From a virus, in IMG/VR virus record IMGVR_UViG_3300037524_002016, positions 1 to 64,000 of that record: a DNA stretch of 64,000 nucleotides; one strand, 5' to 3'. A model generated the notes under the pieces. It was not told the DNA's origin. It did no database searches and saw only the letters and a program-made list of their open reading frames with translations. Positions 8,557 to 16,335 of this stretch are shown here, one piece after another. Made by a program: the position numbers and the translations under genes. The number at the start of each line of letters is the position of its first letter. Within the stretch, counting starts at the first letter, position 1.

Positions 8557-8646
8557 CGTCACTTCTCTTCTTCTCCTCAACTAGGTTCCTACCTGGGACT
8601 GTAAGGGCTTTGAACTTACCTTCTTCGGTTCAGAGCCCGCTTTTTA
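8557..8646 (+). ncRNA. candidate ~90-nt CU-rich small RNA
   Basis: Bounded by a promoter and an intrinsic terminator; no ORF; CUCCU and UACCU in single-stranded parts. Confidence 0.5.
8605..8646 (+). terminator. intrinsic terminator
   Basis: 11-bp stem GGGCTTTGAAC/GTTCAGAGCCC followed by GC-TTTTT. Confidence 0.65.
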
Positions 8647-8812
8647 TCAGTTTCCGTTCTGCCTACCGTGGGTAGGACAAAAGAAAAGCCCGATGTGACC
8701 AACACCGGGCTCTTCAATTTTTTGGACACCCGACCAAAGGTGTCCGTACTCACACGAGAGTGCAGAGTTTGTCACGTCTCGTGTGCCTTTGCAACTCCGC
8801 GCGGAGAAATTT

Positions 8813-8983
8813 ATGAAAACCATCCCCCTGCTCTTGACCGTCCTGCTGGTGGCCCTGGTGGGCTGCAAGAACCTGCCGTTCAACGTCTCCACCGACGGCC
8901 AGTCCGTCACGGTGTGTCCGAAGCCGACCGCTCCGTTGGCGGTGGAACCGGCCACGGCCGCACCCAAGGCCGAAACGAAATGA
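8813..8983 (+). CDS. small lipoprotein (56 aa)
   Basis: MKT + hydrophobic stretch + lipobox LVGC; GGAG RBS. Confidence 0.8.
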   Translation: MKTIPLLLTVLLVALVGCKNLPFNVSTDGQSVTVCPKPTAPLAVEPATAAPKAETK

Positions 8984-9315
8984 GGGAGGTAACTCAGACC
9001 CGTCAGGACGAACTCCGTGAAGTCTCGATCGAGTGGTTGTCCGACACCTTGCCGGAAAACCGCAACATGGGGCCCGCGGAAAAGTTCCTGAAAGAGATGT
9101 TCGTCGAGGCCATCGAGGAAATCTGCCACGAAGTGAACGGCACCTACCTGATGGAAAGGTTGGCCGAGGAACTGGAAGCCAAGACCCATCCGGTCACGTT
9201 GATCCCCCTCAACCTGCTGATGCGGAGCAAGCCTGCCAGCCTCGCCGACTGGTTCCGGGCCACCCACCCGGACGCCAAGTGCGTCCAGGTCTGGAGGGCC
9301 CAACATGGCGGATGA
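8980..9315 (+). CDS. hypothetical protein
   Basis: ATGA coupling to the lipoprotein gene. Confidence 0.7.
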   Translation: MREVTQTRQDELREVSIEWLSDTLPENRNMGPAEKFLKEMFVEAIEEICHEVNGTYLMERLAEELEAKTHPVTLIPLNLLMRSKPASLADWFRATHPDAKCVQVWRAQHGG

Positions 9316-9559
9316 CATCGACAGAACCTCTGAGCGACTGGAACAGGAGGCGGCCCTGCAAGAGCAGGGCCGCCTCCGGGCCTATCAGGAGACTCAACAG
9401 CGCGCCCAACTGTTCATGGACCCCGCGACTGCACCGCAGATTTTCTGCATCGATTGCGATGTGGAGATACCGCGGGAGCGACTGATCCGGGTGCCGGACA
9501 CGGTTCGATGCTTCGAATGCCAGTCCGGATACGAAGCCGAGCTTCGTCGATATTCCTAA
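9305..9559 (+). CDS. TraR/DksA C4-type zinc finger protein
   Basis: N-terminal D3xxD6; CIDC..EIP.ERL..VP....CFEC. Confidence 0.9.
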   Translation: MADDIDRTSERLEQEAALQEQGRLRAYQETQQRAQLFMDPATAPQIFCIDCDVEIPRERLIRVPDTVRCFECQSGYEAELRRYS

Positions 9560-9575
9560 TTTCCGCAGGAAATTT

Positions 9576-10013
9576 ATGAAAATCAAAGTACTCGACCCAC
9601 GTCTGCATCGCTATCCGATCGAGCCCTCCACCCCTGACGCTGCCGGCATCGACCTCCGGGCCTGCATCGACACCGTGTTGCCGGTGCCCGAAGCCGGCAC
9701 GGTGAAGGTGCCCACCGGTCTGGCGGTGGCCATTCCCAAGGGCTGGGTGGGGCTGCTGTTCGGCCGCAGCGGCCTGGGTGTCAACCATCAGGTGCGCCCG
9801 GCCAATTGCGTTGGGGTCATCGATGCCGATTACCGCGGCGAAATCATCATCGGCCTCGAGAACAACGGCCTGTCCTACCTGCTCCAGCCAATGGAGCGTA
9901 TCGCTCAACTCGTCATCGTTCAGCACTGGCCGATGACCGAAATAGAACTTGTCAACGAACTGCCTTTGTCCGAGCGCGGTGCGCTGGGTCTGGGCTCCAC
10001 TGGGAGACTGTAA
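9576..10013 (+). CDS. dut: trimeric dUTPase
   Basis: Motifs AGIDL, GRSGL, GVIDADYRGEI, RIAQL, RGALGLGSTG. Confidence 0.97.
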   Translation: MKIKVLDPRLHRYPIEPSTPDAAGIDLRACIDTVLPVPEAGTVKVPTGLAVAIPKGWVGLLFGRSGLGVNHQVRPANCVGVIDADYRGEIIIGLENNGLSYLLQPMERIAQLVIVQHWPMTEIELVNELPLSERGALGLGSTGRL

Positions 10014-10408
10014 TGTCGAAAGGAAAATTAGAGGAAGCGCGGATGGCCGCTGAAAAGGCAGCCATTGAATCTGCGTTAGAAACGTGCGGCGGCGTCATCA
10101 GCCATGCCGCGAAAATGCTCGGCATCAGCCGGATGACGTTGTATCGGAAGGCCAGCCAGTTTGGCATTCCCATTGCCCGCGGAGATACCAACACTGCTCC
10201 AGCGGTGTTTTCGTTGCCGACCCAAGAGGAGGTCGCCAAGTTCGCGGAAGAGCAGGGCATCCCTCTCGATGCGGCCGAACATCAACTGCGGATGCGTGCC
10301 ATCAAGGGCTGCCTGCAGTCGGCCAGAAGCTACACCCAGGCCAAGGCAGCACTGCTGAACCTCTTTGGCATGGTTGACGTGGAAGAGGAGGAGGAGGAGG
10401 CCGCATGA
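10013..10408 (+). CDS. Fis-family (HTH_8) DNA-binding protein
   Basis: AEKAAIESALETCGGVISHAAKMLGISRMTLYRK. Confidence 0.85.
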   Translation: MSKGKLEEARMAAEKAAIESALETCGGVISHAAKMLGISRMTLYRKASQFGIPIARGDTNTAPAVFSLPTQEEVAKFAEEQGIPLDAAEHQLRMRAIKGCLQSARSYTQAKAALLNLFGMVDVEEEEEEAA

Positions 10409-10605
10409 ACCCCTACATCACCTTTGCGGCCTTGGTAACCCTGACCACGGTACTGGCCGTCCTGAGCAAATTGGATGTGGTCCCGGTGCCTGGGCCGATC
10501 CTGTTCATCTTGCTGGCGGGGGCCGTGGTGAAGTTCATCCACGACGCCCACGGCTTCTACCGGGAATTCTGGGAGACCTTCGATCGCATCACTCGCAAAG
10601 ACTGA
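10405..10605 (+). CDS. small membrane protein (2 TM)
   Basis: Two hydrophobic segments; GGAGG RBS. Confidence 0.7.
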   Translation: MNPYITFAALVTLTTVLAVLSKLDVVPVPGPILFILLAGAVVKFIHDAHGFYREFWETFDRITRKD

Positions 10606-10641
10606 CCTGACCTGACTGATCTGCGATCAGCCAAGCGAATC

Positions 10642-10671
10642 AGGCCGGACTGACCACCCGGCCTTTCCTTT
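10642..10671 (+). terminator. putative intrinsic terminator
   Basis: AGGCCGG/CCGGCCT stem followed by TTCCTTT. Confidence 0.45.
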
Positions 10672-10691
10672 ACTCGCACGAGATCACGACC

Positions 10692-11435
10692 ATGACCACG
10701 ACTCACGCGTCTCCGTTGGAGATCATTGGCGGCTTGTCCAAGACCACCAAAATGCCAGGGTATTCCTACTCTTTTCCGGCGGCCGAGTGCCGCAACGGTT
10801 CTAAATTGCACGCCGTGCCCGGCTCGGTGTGCGAGAAGTGTTATGCCCGCCGCGGCAATTACGCGTTCGGCAACGTCCAGTCCGTCCTTTATCGTCGCCT
10901 CGAATCGATCCAGGATCCCCGCTGGGAAGACGCCATGGTGGCCAGCCTGGAGTTCCTGGTGAATCCCCTGGATCCGGCGTTTCGCTGGTTGGATTCCGGA
11001 GACCTTCCTAACTATGAATTCCTTCGACGACTTGTTCGAGTCGTCGAAAGAACACCATGGATCCGGCACTGGCTACCGACCAAGGAATACGGCCTGATCC
11101 GCCGCTGGCTGGCCGAGCACGGGCCCTTCCCCGAGAACCTGGTGGTGCGGCCGTGCAGCCCGATGGTGGACGGGAAGCCGCTGACCCACTTTGAACACAG
11201 TTCGATCGTGGTCAGCTTCGCCTCCGGCGAGGCTGACCTTGAACAAGCCGGGGTCCATCTGTGCCCTGCGGATCAACAAGGTCACAAGTGCGGTGCCTGC
11301 CGGGCCTGCTGGGATCCCGCGGTCAAGGTGGTCGCCTACGCCTTCCGGAAGGCCGGCGGCAAGAAGGCAGTCACCAAGGAAGCCCCGGCACGGAAACGGA
11401 TCCCGATTGCAGTGGCAGCAGAGGTACCAGCATGA
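10692..11435 (+). CDS. GP88-family Cys-rich protein
   Basis: GGLSKTTKMPGYSYS..A.EC..GSKL....GSVC..CYA..GNY, FRW.DSGD, HWLPTKE, C.AC.ACW. Confidence 0.8.
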   Translation: MTTTHASPLEIIGGLSKTTKMPGYSYSFPAAECRNGSKLHAVPGSVCEKCYARRGNYAFGNVQSVLYRRLESIQDPRWEDAMVASLEFLVNPLDPAFRWLDSGDLPNYEFLRRLVRVVERTPWIRHWLPTKEYGLIRRWLAEHGPFPENLVVRPCSPMVDGKPLTHFEHSSIVVSFASGEADLEQAGVHLCPADQQGHKCGACRACWDPAVKVVAYAFRKAGGKKAVTKEAPARKRIPIAVAAEVPA

Positions 11436-11620
11436 ATACTGACTTGGTTTCGATTCGACAGGCCCGCCGTGATGCGGAAAGGGTCGCGTTGTTGCGGGCC
11501 CTCGAGGCCTTTGAGTGGAACATCTCCCGGGCCGCGCCCCAGCTCGGGGTGGACCGTTTGTCGGTCTACCGGCTGATGAGGAAGCACGGAATCAAGCGGC
11601 CGGCGAAGGTGTTGCCATGA
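11432..11620 (+). CDS. second standalone Fis-family (HTH_8) protein
   Basis: AERVALLRALEAFEWNISRAAPQLGVDRLSVYRLMRKHGI. Confidence 0.85.
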   Translation: MNTDLVSIRQARRDAERVALLRALEAFEWNISRAAPQLGVDRLSVYRLMRKHGIKRPAKVLP

Positions 11621-11928
11621 GCACGATCACCGCTTACAAACTCCTGCGCCGGCGCGCCGACGCTTCCCTCGGGCCGCTCTTCATTCACCAACGCCTCCGC
11701 ATCCCGGTGGGAGAATGGCTTACCGCGGAGGCCCACCGGACCAAAGACTATGCCTTCCGCCCCGGCTGGCACTGCTGCCGGCATCCCAAAGCCCCTCACC
11801 TATCCGAGAAAGGCCGGGTGTGGGCCAAGGTCGAGATCGAGGGCGTGACCGAGATGCACCGGCCGGAGTGCCAGGGTTGGCTCTGGTATCTGGGGCAGAG
11901 GATGCGGGTGGTGGAGGTCCTGTCATGA
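11617..11928 (+). CDS. conserved phage hypothetical protein
   Basis: AYKL.R...AFRPGWHC...PHLS motif; ATGA coupling. Confidence 0.7.
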   Translation: MSTITAYKLLRRRADASLGPLFIHQRLRIPVGEWLTAEAHRTKDYAFRPGWHCCRHPKAPHLSEKGRVWAKVEIEGVTEMHRPECQGWLWYLGQRMRVVEVLS

Positions 11929-12143
11929 GGGACTTTACGCTTAGATTTTACGAAGTACGCACCAATCTCATGGACAGCCAAGAAAAAGCGTCTTCTTCCG
12001 ACATTCGGTGGCACACCAGCGGCTGTGCTGGGGCCAGGGCCTCCCATGAAACCTCAACGACAGTGTTGTGGGGTGTCCTGGACCCGTTGAGGCAAATCAC
12101 CCAGGACCTGGGTGCTCTGGAGGCCCGCAAGGAGGGCCCATGA
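11925..12143 (+). CDS. hypothetical protein
   Basis: GGAGG RBS, ATGA coupling. Confidence 0.55.
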   Translation: MRDFTLRFYEVRTNLMDSQEKASSSDIRWHTSGCAGARASHETSTTVLWGVLDPLRQITQDLGALEARKEGP

Positions 12144-12337
12144 CCCCTATCAAGATCATCATCCATAATGCCACTGCGTTGGGGTTACTTTACTCGGAAA
12201 TCGGGGTCATGCAAAAGGACGTGTACGCTGTCGTTAACGGCCTTTGCTTTGGTGAACCTCTGAGGTTTACCACAACCAGCACATCAGTAGTCAGCCAAGC
12301 ACTGCGTGATCTTAGACCGAAAGAGGAGGACCCATGA
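12140..12337 (+). CDS. hypothetical protein
   Basis: AAGGAGG RBS, ATGA coupling. Confidence 0.55.
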   Translation: MTPIKIIIHNATALGLLYSEIGVMQKDVYAVVNGLCFGEPLRFTTTSTSVVSQALRDLRPKEEDP

Positions 12338-12693
12338 GCGCCTGTTCCTGCGACTATGATCCGCCCACCTTCTTTCGGGAATCCTTCCCGGCGGCCAAGA
12401 AGACCCACCGATGTGACGAGTGTTGGGCCTTGATTCCGCCGGGCACTCGTTACCAGCGGATCGCCGGCAAATGGGAGGGTCACCTCGAAACTTTCGCCAT
12501 CTGCCCGGCCTGCCAGGAACCGGCCAACTACGTGACCAGTAACATCCCCTGCTACTGCCGCCTCTATGGCGGCCTCCTGGAGGACGCGATCGAGACCCTG
12601 AAGTATTACGCCCACGAGTTGCCGGGCCTCCTCTTTGGCGGCTACCGGCGGCTGGTCGCGATCCGGCGGCAGCCGAAATATCGGAGGACATGA
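12334..12693 (+). CDS. Cys-rich hypothetical protein
   Basis: AKK.HRCDEC...I.PG..Y...CPAC. Confidence 0.75.
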   Translation: MSACSCDYDPPTFFRESFPAAKKTHRCDECWALIPPGTRYQRIAGKWEGHLETFAICPACQEPANYVTSNIPCYCRLYGGLLEDAIETLKYYAHELPGLLFGGYRRLVAIRRQPKYRRT

Positions 12694-12694
12694 C

Positions 12695-12865
12695 ATGCCG
12701 TACATCAAGAAAGTCACTGAAAAACGCACCAAGTCCAAATACAGGGACGTCGTGGTTACTGCTGACCTGGATGTGCCATGTAACATAGTGCTTGCGCGTG
12801 ACGCGCCTTGGAACAGCCTAATCGACGCTGTGCATTTTATGGAGAACCAAATAAATGCCAATTGA
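12695..12865 (+). CDS. small hypothetical protein
   Basis: GGAGG RBS. Confidence 0.55.
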   Translation: MPYIKKVTEKRTKSKYRDVVVTADLDVPCNIVLARDAPWNSLIDAVHFMENQINAN

Positions 12866-13694
12866 CAGCATTCCCGTCCTTGACCACGGCTTCGTCCGCC
12901 TCGTCGATCGTATGGGCGATGACCAGGCCATTGAACAGGCCGCCCGGAAATCCTACGGCGGAGGGACCCGGGCCGTGAATGACACCCGTGGCCTGTTGCG
13001 GCACCTGTTTCGGAAGGGCCACACGGGACCGTTCGAATTCTGCGAAATCGTCCTTCACATCAAGGCCCCGATCTTCGTGGCCCGGCAATGGATGCGGCAT
13101 CGAACGGCCTCCATCGATGAAGTCTCGGGCCGTTACTCCATCTTGCCCTCGGAGTTCTACCTCCCCGAGTACGAGGACATGGCCGCCCAGGCCACCTACA
13201 ACAAGCAGGGCCGGGGCCAGACCCTCCGTCTGGTGGAAGCCCGGGTCGCCCGGGAAAGGATGGCCGAGTCCGCTTACACGGCCTTCGAAACCTATCGGGG
13301 CCTGTTGCCTCCGGACGAAGACGATGACCGGGACAACTGGCCAGGCCTCGCCCGGGAATTGGCGCGCACCGTGCTACCTCTTTCGACGTACACCGAATGG
13401 TACTGGAAGATCGATTTGCATAACTTGCTTCACTTCCTGCAATTGAGGCTGGACACCCATGCCCAACTGGAGATCAGACGCTACGCCGAAGTGATCGCTG
13501 ACCTCGTAAAAGACTGGGTTCCTCTGGCTTGGGAAGCTTTCGAGGATTACCGTCTTGGTGCAGTCCTGGTGTCCGCGCAGGAACTGGCTATTTTGCGGGG
13601 CCTGCTCCAGGGTAGTGCAATGCCCTCACAAAAAGCAAGCTCACTTTCGGCGCGCGAATATCGGGAATTTATGCATCGCTTCAACCTCGGTTGA
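12855..13694 (+). CDS. thyX: flavin-dependent thymidylate synthase
   Basis: H.GPFE, PIFVARQWMRHR.AS..E.SGRY, RELARTVLP, LRL..HAQ.EIR. Confidence 0.97.
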   Translation: MPIDSIPVLDHGFVRLVDRMGDDQAIEQAARKSYGGGTRAVNDTRGLLRHLFRKGHTGPFEFCEIVLHIKAPIFVARQWMRHRTASIDEVSGRYSILPSEFYLPEYEDMAAQATYNKQGRGQTLRLVEARVARERMAESAYTAFETYRGLLPPDEDDDRDNWPGLARELARTVLPLSTYTEWYWKIDLHNLLHFLQLRLDTHAQLEIRRYAEVIADLVKDWVPLAWEAFEDYRLGAVLVSAQELAILRGLLQGSAMPSQKASSLSAREYREFMHRFNLG

Positions 13695-13920
13695 CAACGT
13701 ACGTATCAACAACGTACTACATGACTACTACGTAGACGGCCCCGCCTACCTCCATGGTTTAATGCCGGCCAAGAACGAGAACAACAAAGGTCTTGCAGGC
13801 AGATGGGCGTAGGTATATTATTCACTCCGCTGTCTCCCACTGGGAGTACAGTGAACGATCTGGTTTTGACATCTACATGGATTTACACTGACCGGTGGCC
13901 CGACCACAGGGAGGTGTGTC

Positions 13921-14877
13921 ATGGCGGTGTACAAACGGGGCAATGTGTATTGGGTCCGGATCTGGCGCGATGGTCGACAGATTCGGAAATCGGCAGGGAA
14001 GGGCGCATCCAAGGCAGACGCCAAAGCTCTGGAGGCCGAGATGTTTCGTGAATTCATGAAGCATTTACCGGGCCTTCGGAAGCACACGCTGCGGGATGCC
14101 TATGATCGCTGGCTCGCCACCGATTGCAGGGCCCTGAAGTCGGCCAAGAAAACGGGCAACCATGCGTTGCACGCTCTGGAAGGCTTCTGGGACGAACCCT
14201 TAACCCAAGCGCCAAGGGTTGCAGACGCCATCAAGGCCCGGCTGCTGGGTCTCGGCCTCAGCAATGCCACGGTCAACCGCCGCGTTGCGGTGGTGATCCG
14301 GCTCTGCAATTTGGCGTACAAGTGGGGCTGGCTCGACCAACCCATTGCCAGCAGGATTACGAAGCTGCCCGAGCACAACGAGCGGCACGTGTATCTGGAA
14401 CCGGAACAGGTGGAGGCCCTGGCCTCGGCTTGTTACCTTCCAGAAGCCGGCGACCTGATTCGGGTCGCTGCGTTCACAGGCCTTCGGCGTGGCGAGTTGC
14501 TGGCCCTGTCAGCAGGTATGCTGCAGGGTGATGTGATCCTGATGCCGGCACATAAATCACGCCGGCGGGCAGTGCCGATACCCGAACACATCTGCTCGAT
14601 CGTTCAGAGGATGCCGCTGCCTGTCACCGACGGGCAGCTGCGCCTCAACTGGGATCACGCCCGTAAAATCACTGGACTGTTGCAATATCGGTTCCATGAT
14701 TTACGTCACAGTTACGCGAGTTGGCTGGTCCAATCCGGGGCCTCGCTTCGAGCGGTGCAGGAACTGTTGGGGCATACCACTCCGACCGTCACCCAGCGCT
14801 ATGCGCACCTGGAGGTCGGCAATCTTCGGACCGTGGTGACCCAGATGGTGACCCTTCGCGGCAAGCCATCCGCTTGA
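13921..14877 (+). CDS. tyrosine recombinase / phage integrase
   Basis: TGLRRGE (R), FHDLRHSYASWL (HxxR), LLGHT (H), TQRYAH (Y); N-terminal arm-binding-like segment. Confidence 0.95.
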   Translation: MAVYKRGNVYWVRIWRDGRQIRKSAGKGASKADAKALEAEMFREFMKHLPGLRKHTLRDAYDRWLATDCRALKSAKKTGNHALHALEGFWDEPLTQAPRVADAIKARLLGLGLSNATVNRRVAVVIRLCNLAYKWGWLDQPIASRITKLPEHNERHVYLEPEQVEALASACYLPEAGDLIRVAAFTGLRRGELLALSAGMLQGDVILMPAHKSRRRAVPIPEHICSIVQRMPLPVTDGQLRLNWDHARKITGLLQYRFHDLRHSYASWLVQSGASLRAVQELLGHTTPTVTQRYAHLEVGNLRTVVTQMVTLRGKPSA

Positions 14878-14897
14878 TCCAACCGGGTCAGGTTGAT

Positions 14898-14983
14898 TGG
14901 CAGAGGACAACGGAGTCGAACCGTCAACCCGAAAGGTTGGGCGGGATTTCAAGTCCCGTTGCACACCATGTGCCCTGTCCTCT
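14898..14983 (-). tRNA. tRNA-Ser(UGA) with 8/4 acceptor/T-stem
   Basis: AGAGGACA-GG-GCACATGGTGTGC-AA-CGGGA-CTTGAAA-TCCCG-CC-CAACCTTTCGGGTTG-ACGG-TTCGACT-CCGT-TGTCCTCT-G-CCA; long variable arm, G discriminator, encoded CCA. Confidence 0.9.
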
Positions 14984-14997
14984 GAAGGAGATTTACC

Positions 14998-15303
14998 GTG
15001 TCCGAACACCCTGATGACCACATCCTCGACCATGCCGTGGGTTGGGTGCTGGGGTTACTCGTCATTGTCGCCCTCATTTCGGCGGCTTTTTTTGCGCCCG
15101 AAACCAGCACAATTCCAGCACAGTCGGAGAAAAAACCGGCGGCTGTCTGCTCTCCGGTGGCCGAGTTGCAGCGGTTTTCAAGAGCGCTGCACCTTTACCC
15201 GGTCCTGCGCTGGGGCCTCCGCCGGACCTCGGAGTCCTGCGGTCCGACCCATGACGGCACAGAAACCAGCACACTTTCCAGCACAGAGCGGAGGGCCCTA
15301 TGA
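14998..15303 (+). CDS. hypothetical membrane-anchored protein
   Basis: AAGGAG RBS, GTG start, N-terminal TM segment. Confidence 0.6.
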   Translation: MSEHPDDHILDHAVGWVLGLLVIVALISAAFFAPETSTIPAQSEKKPAAVCSPVAELQRFSRALHLYPVLRWGLRRTSESCGPTHDGTETSTLSSTERRAL

Positions 15304-15500
15304 GCCTTCGCCTCTTCATTCCCGAGCGGTATCTGATACCGCCTCTCAAAGGTATCTTCAACCCACGTTTTGACGACGTCGGGATTGAGATCCCGGCCCA
15401 GGAGTTGGGCCGGCGCATCAAGGCCAAGGAAATTGAGGCCCACATTGTCTCCGAAGGAGGCGCCGTTATTTTCGACAATGACGAGATCATCATCCAATGA
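15300..15500 (+). CDS. hypothetical protein
   Basis: GGAGG RBS, ATGA coupling. Confidence 0.65.
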   Translation: MSLRLFIPERYLIPPLKGIFNPRFDDVGIEIPAQELGRRIKAKEIEAHIVSEGGAVIFDNDEIIIQ

Positions 15501-15697
15501 GCATGGACAACAACAACAACGTAGTTGAAGTAGAACTCAACGAGGACACCCACAACGCCATTTTGGCTTTGGGGCGTGACCCCGCTGAATTCATTGTGGA
15601 GGCAATTGATTTTTATTTGGAGACCACGTCACCGGTGCCGGACGGGCCGGACGTGACGGACCTGGCAGAGATGCCGGTGGACCTGCAGGGCTGCTGA
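15497..15697 (+). CDS. possible ribbon-helix-helix protein
   Basis: VVEVEL...AILALG...AEFIVEAIDFYL pattern. Confidence 0.5.
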   Translation: MSMDNNNNVVEVELNEDTHNAILALGRDPAEFIVEAIDFYLETTSPVPDGPDVTDLAEMPVDLQGC

Positions 15698-15698
15698 C

Positions 15699-16055
15699 AT
15701 GGCGGAAGACACCTCTTTCGTAGAAAGCGATCCTACCGGCAAAGTCCTCGGCGACCCCGGGGCCAAGGTCGACGCTGGCAAGTGCCGCGCCGGCGTGCTC
15801 GATGCCTTTCCCCGGGCTCTGGCCGCAGTCGCGGCCATCGGTGAGTTCGGCTTGCAGAAAGGTTATGGCCGGGACTCCTGGCTGGAGGTCGAGAACGGAG
15901 CCCAACGTTACCGGGACGCCTTCTGGCGACACCTGTTGCAGGAGCAAACCGAAGGTCTGGATCTCCAGTCGGGGCTTCCACATCGATGGCACACGCTCTG
16001 GAACCTGATGGCGTCCCTGGAACTGGAACTCAAAGATCAGGAGGAAAAAGCATGA
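15699..16055 (+). CDS. DUF5664 (dATP/dGTP diphosphohydrolase-like) domain protein
   Basis: GAK.DAGK...FPRAL..V.....FG..K.Y....W...Y.DA..RH...D..SGL.H..H..WN. Confidence 0.85.
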   Translation: MAEDTSFVESDPTGKVLGDPGAKVDAGKCRAGVLDAFPRALAAVAAIGEFGLQKGYGRDSWLEVENGAQRYRDAFWRHLLQEQTEGLDLQSGLPHRWHTLWNLMASLELELKDQEEKA

Positions 16056-16303
16056 CAGGATGGCTCTTAGCCCTTGCCCTCTATTCCCTGGGCACCCTCC
16101 AGGCCCGGCTCTACATTCGCGCCCTCGGCATGGACGTGAGCCGACCCTGGGTGGGGGCCCTGCTCTGGCCGATTGTCTGGTTCCTGGCGCTGGTGGCTTC
16201 ACCTTTCGTCAAGTACTGGATGCCGGTGCTATCGCCCACTGAGGGGTCGACGACCACGACCCTGGACGAGAGCGAACTGGGCAAACCCAACACCCAGGCC
16301 TGA
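16052..16303 (+). CDS. small membrane protein
   Basis: Hydrophobic segments with an LLWP motif; GGAGG RBS. Confidence 0.65.
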   Translation: MTGWLLALALYSLGTLQARLYIRALGMDVSRPWVGALLWPIVWFLALVASPFVKYWMPVLSPTEGSTTTTLDESELGKPNTQA

Positions 16304-16335
16304 TATGTTGGGACCATCACACGAGACCACGACCA

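Noticed and set aside
13555-14051. Excisionase ORF upstream of the integrase
   Set aside because: Candidate frames overlap thyX or the integrase and show no HTH-like pattern or RBS
14898-14983. Selenocysteine or opal suppressor tRNA
   Set aside because: The anticodon on the tRNA strand is UGA (reads UCA, Ser), not UCA
15699-16055. Z-genome (2-aminoadenine) system
   Set aside because: DUF5664 alone is insufficient; no purZ or datZ recognised here
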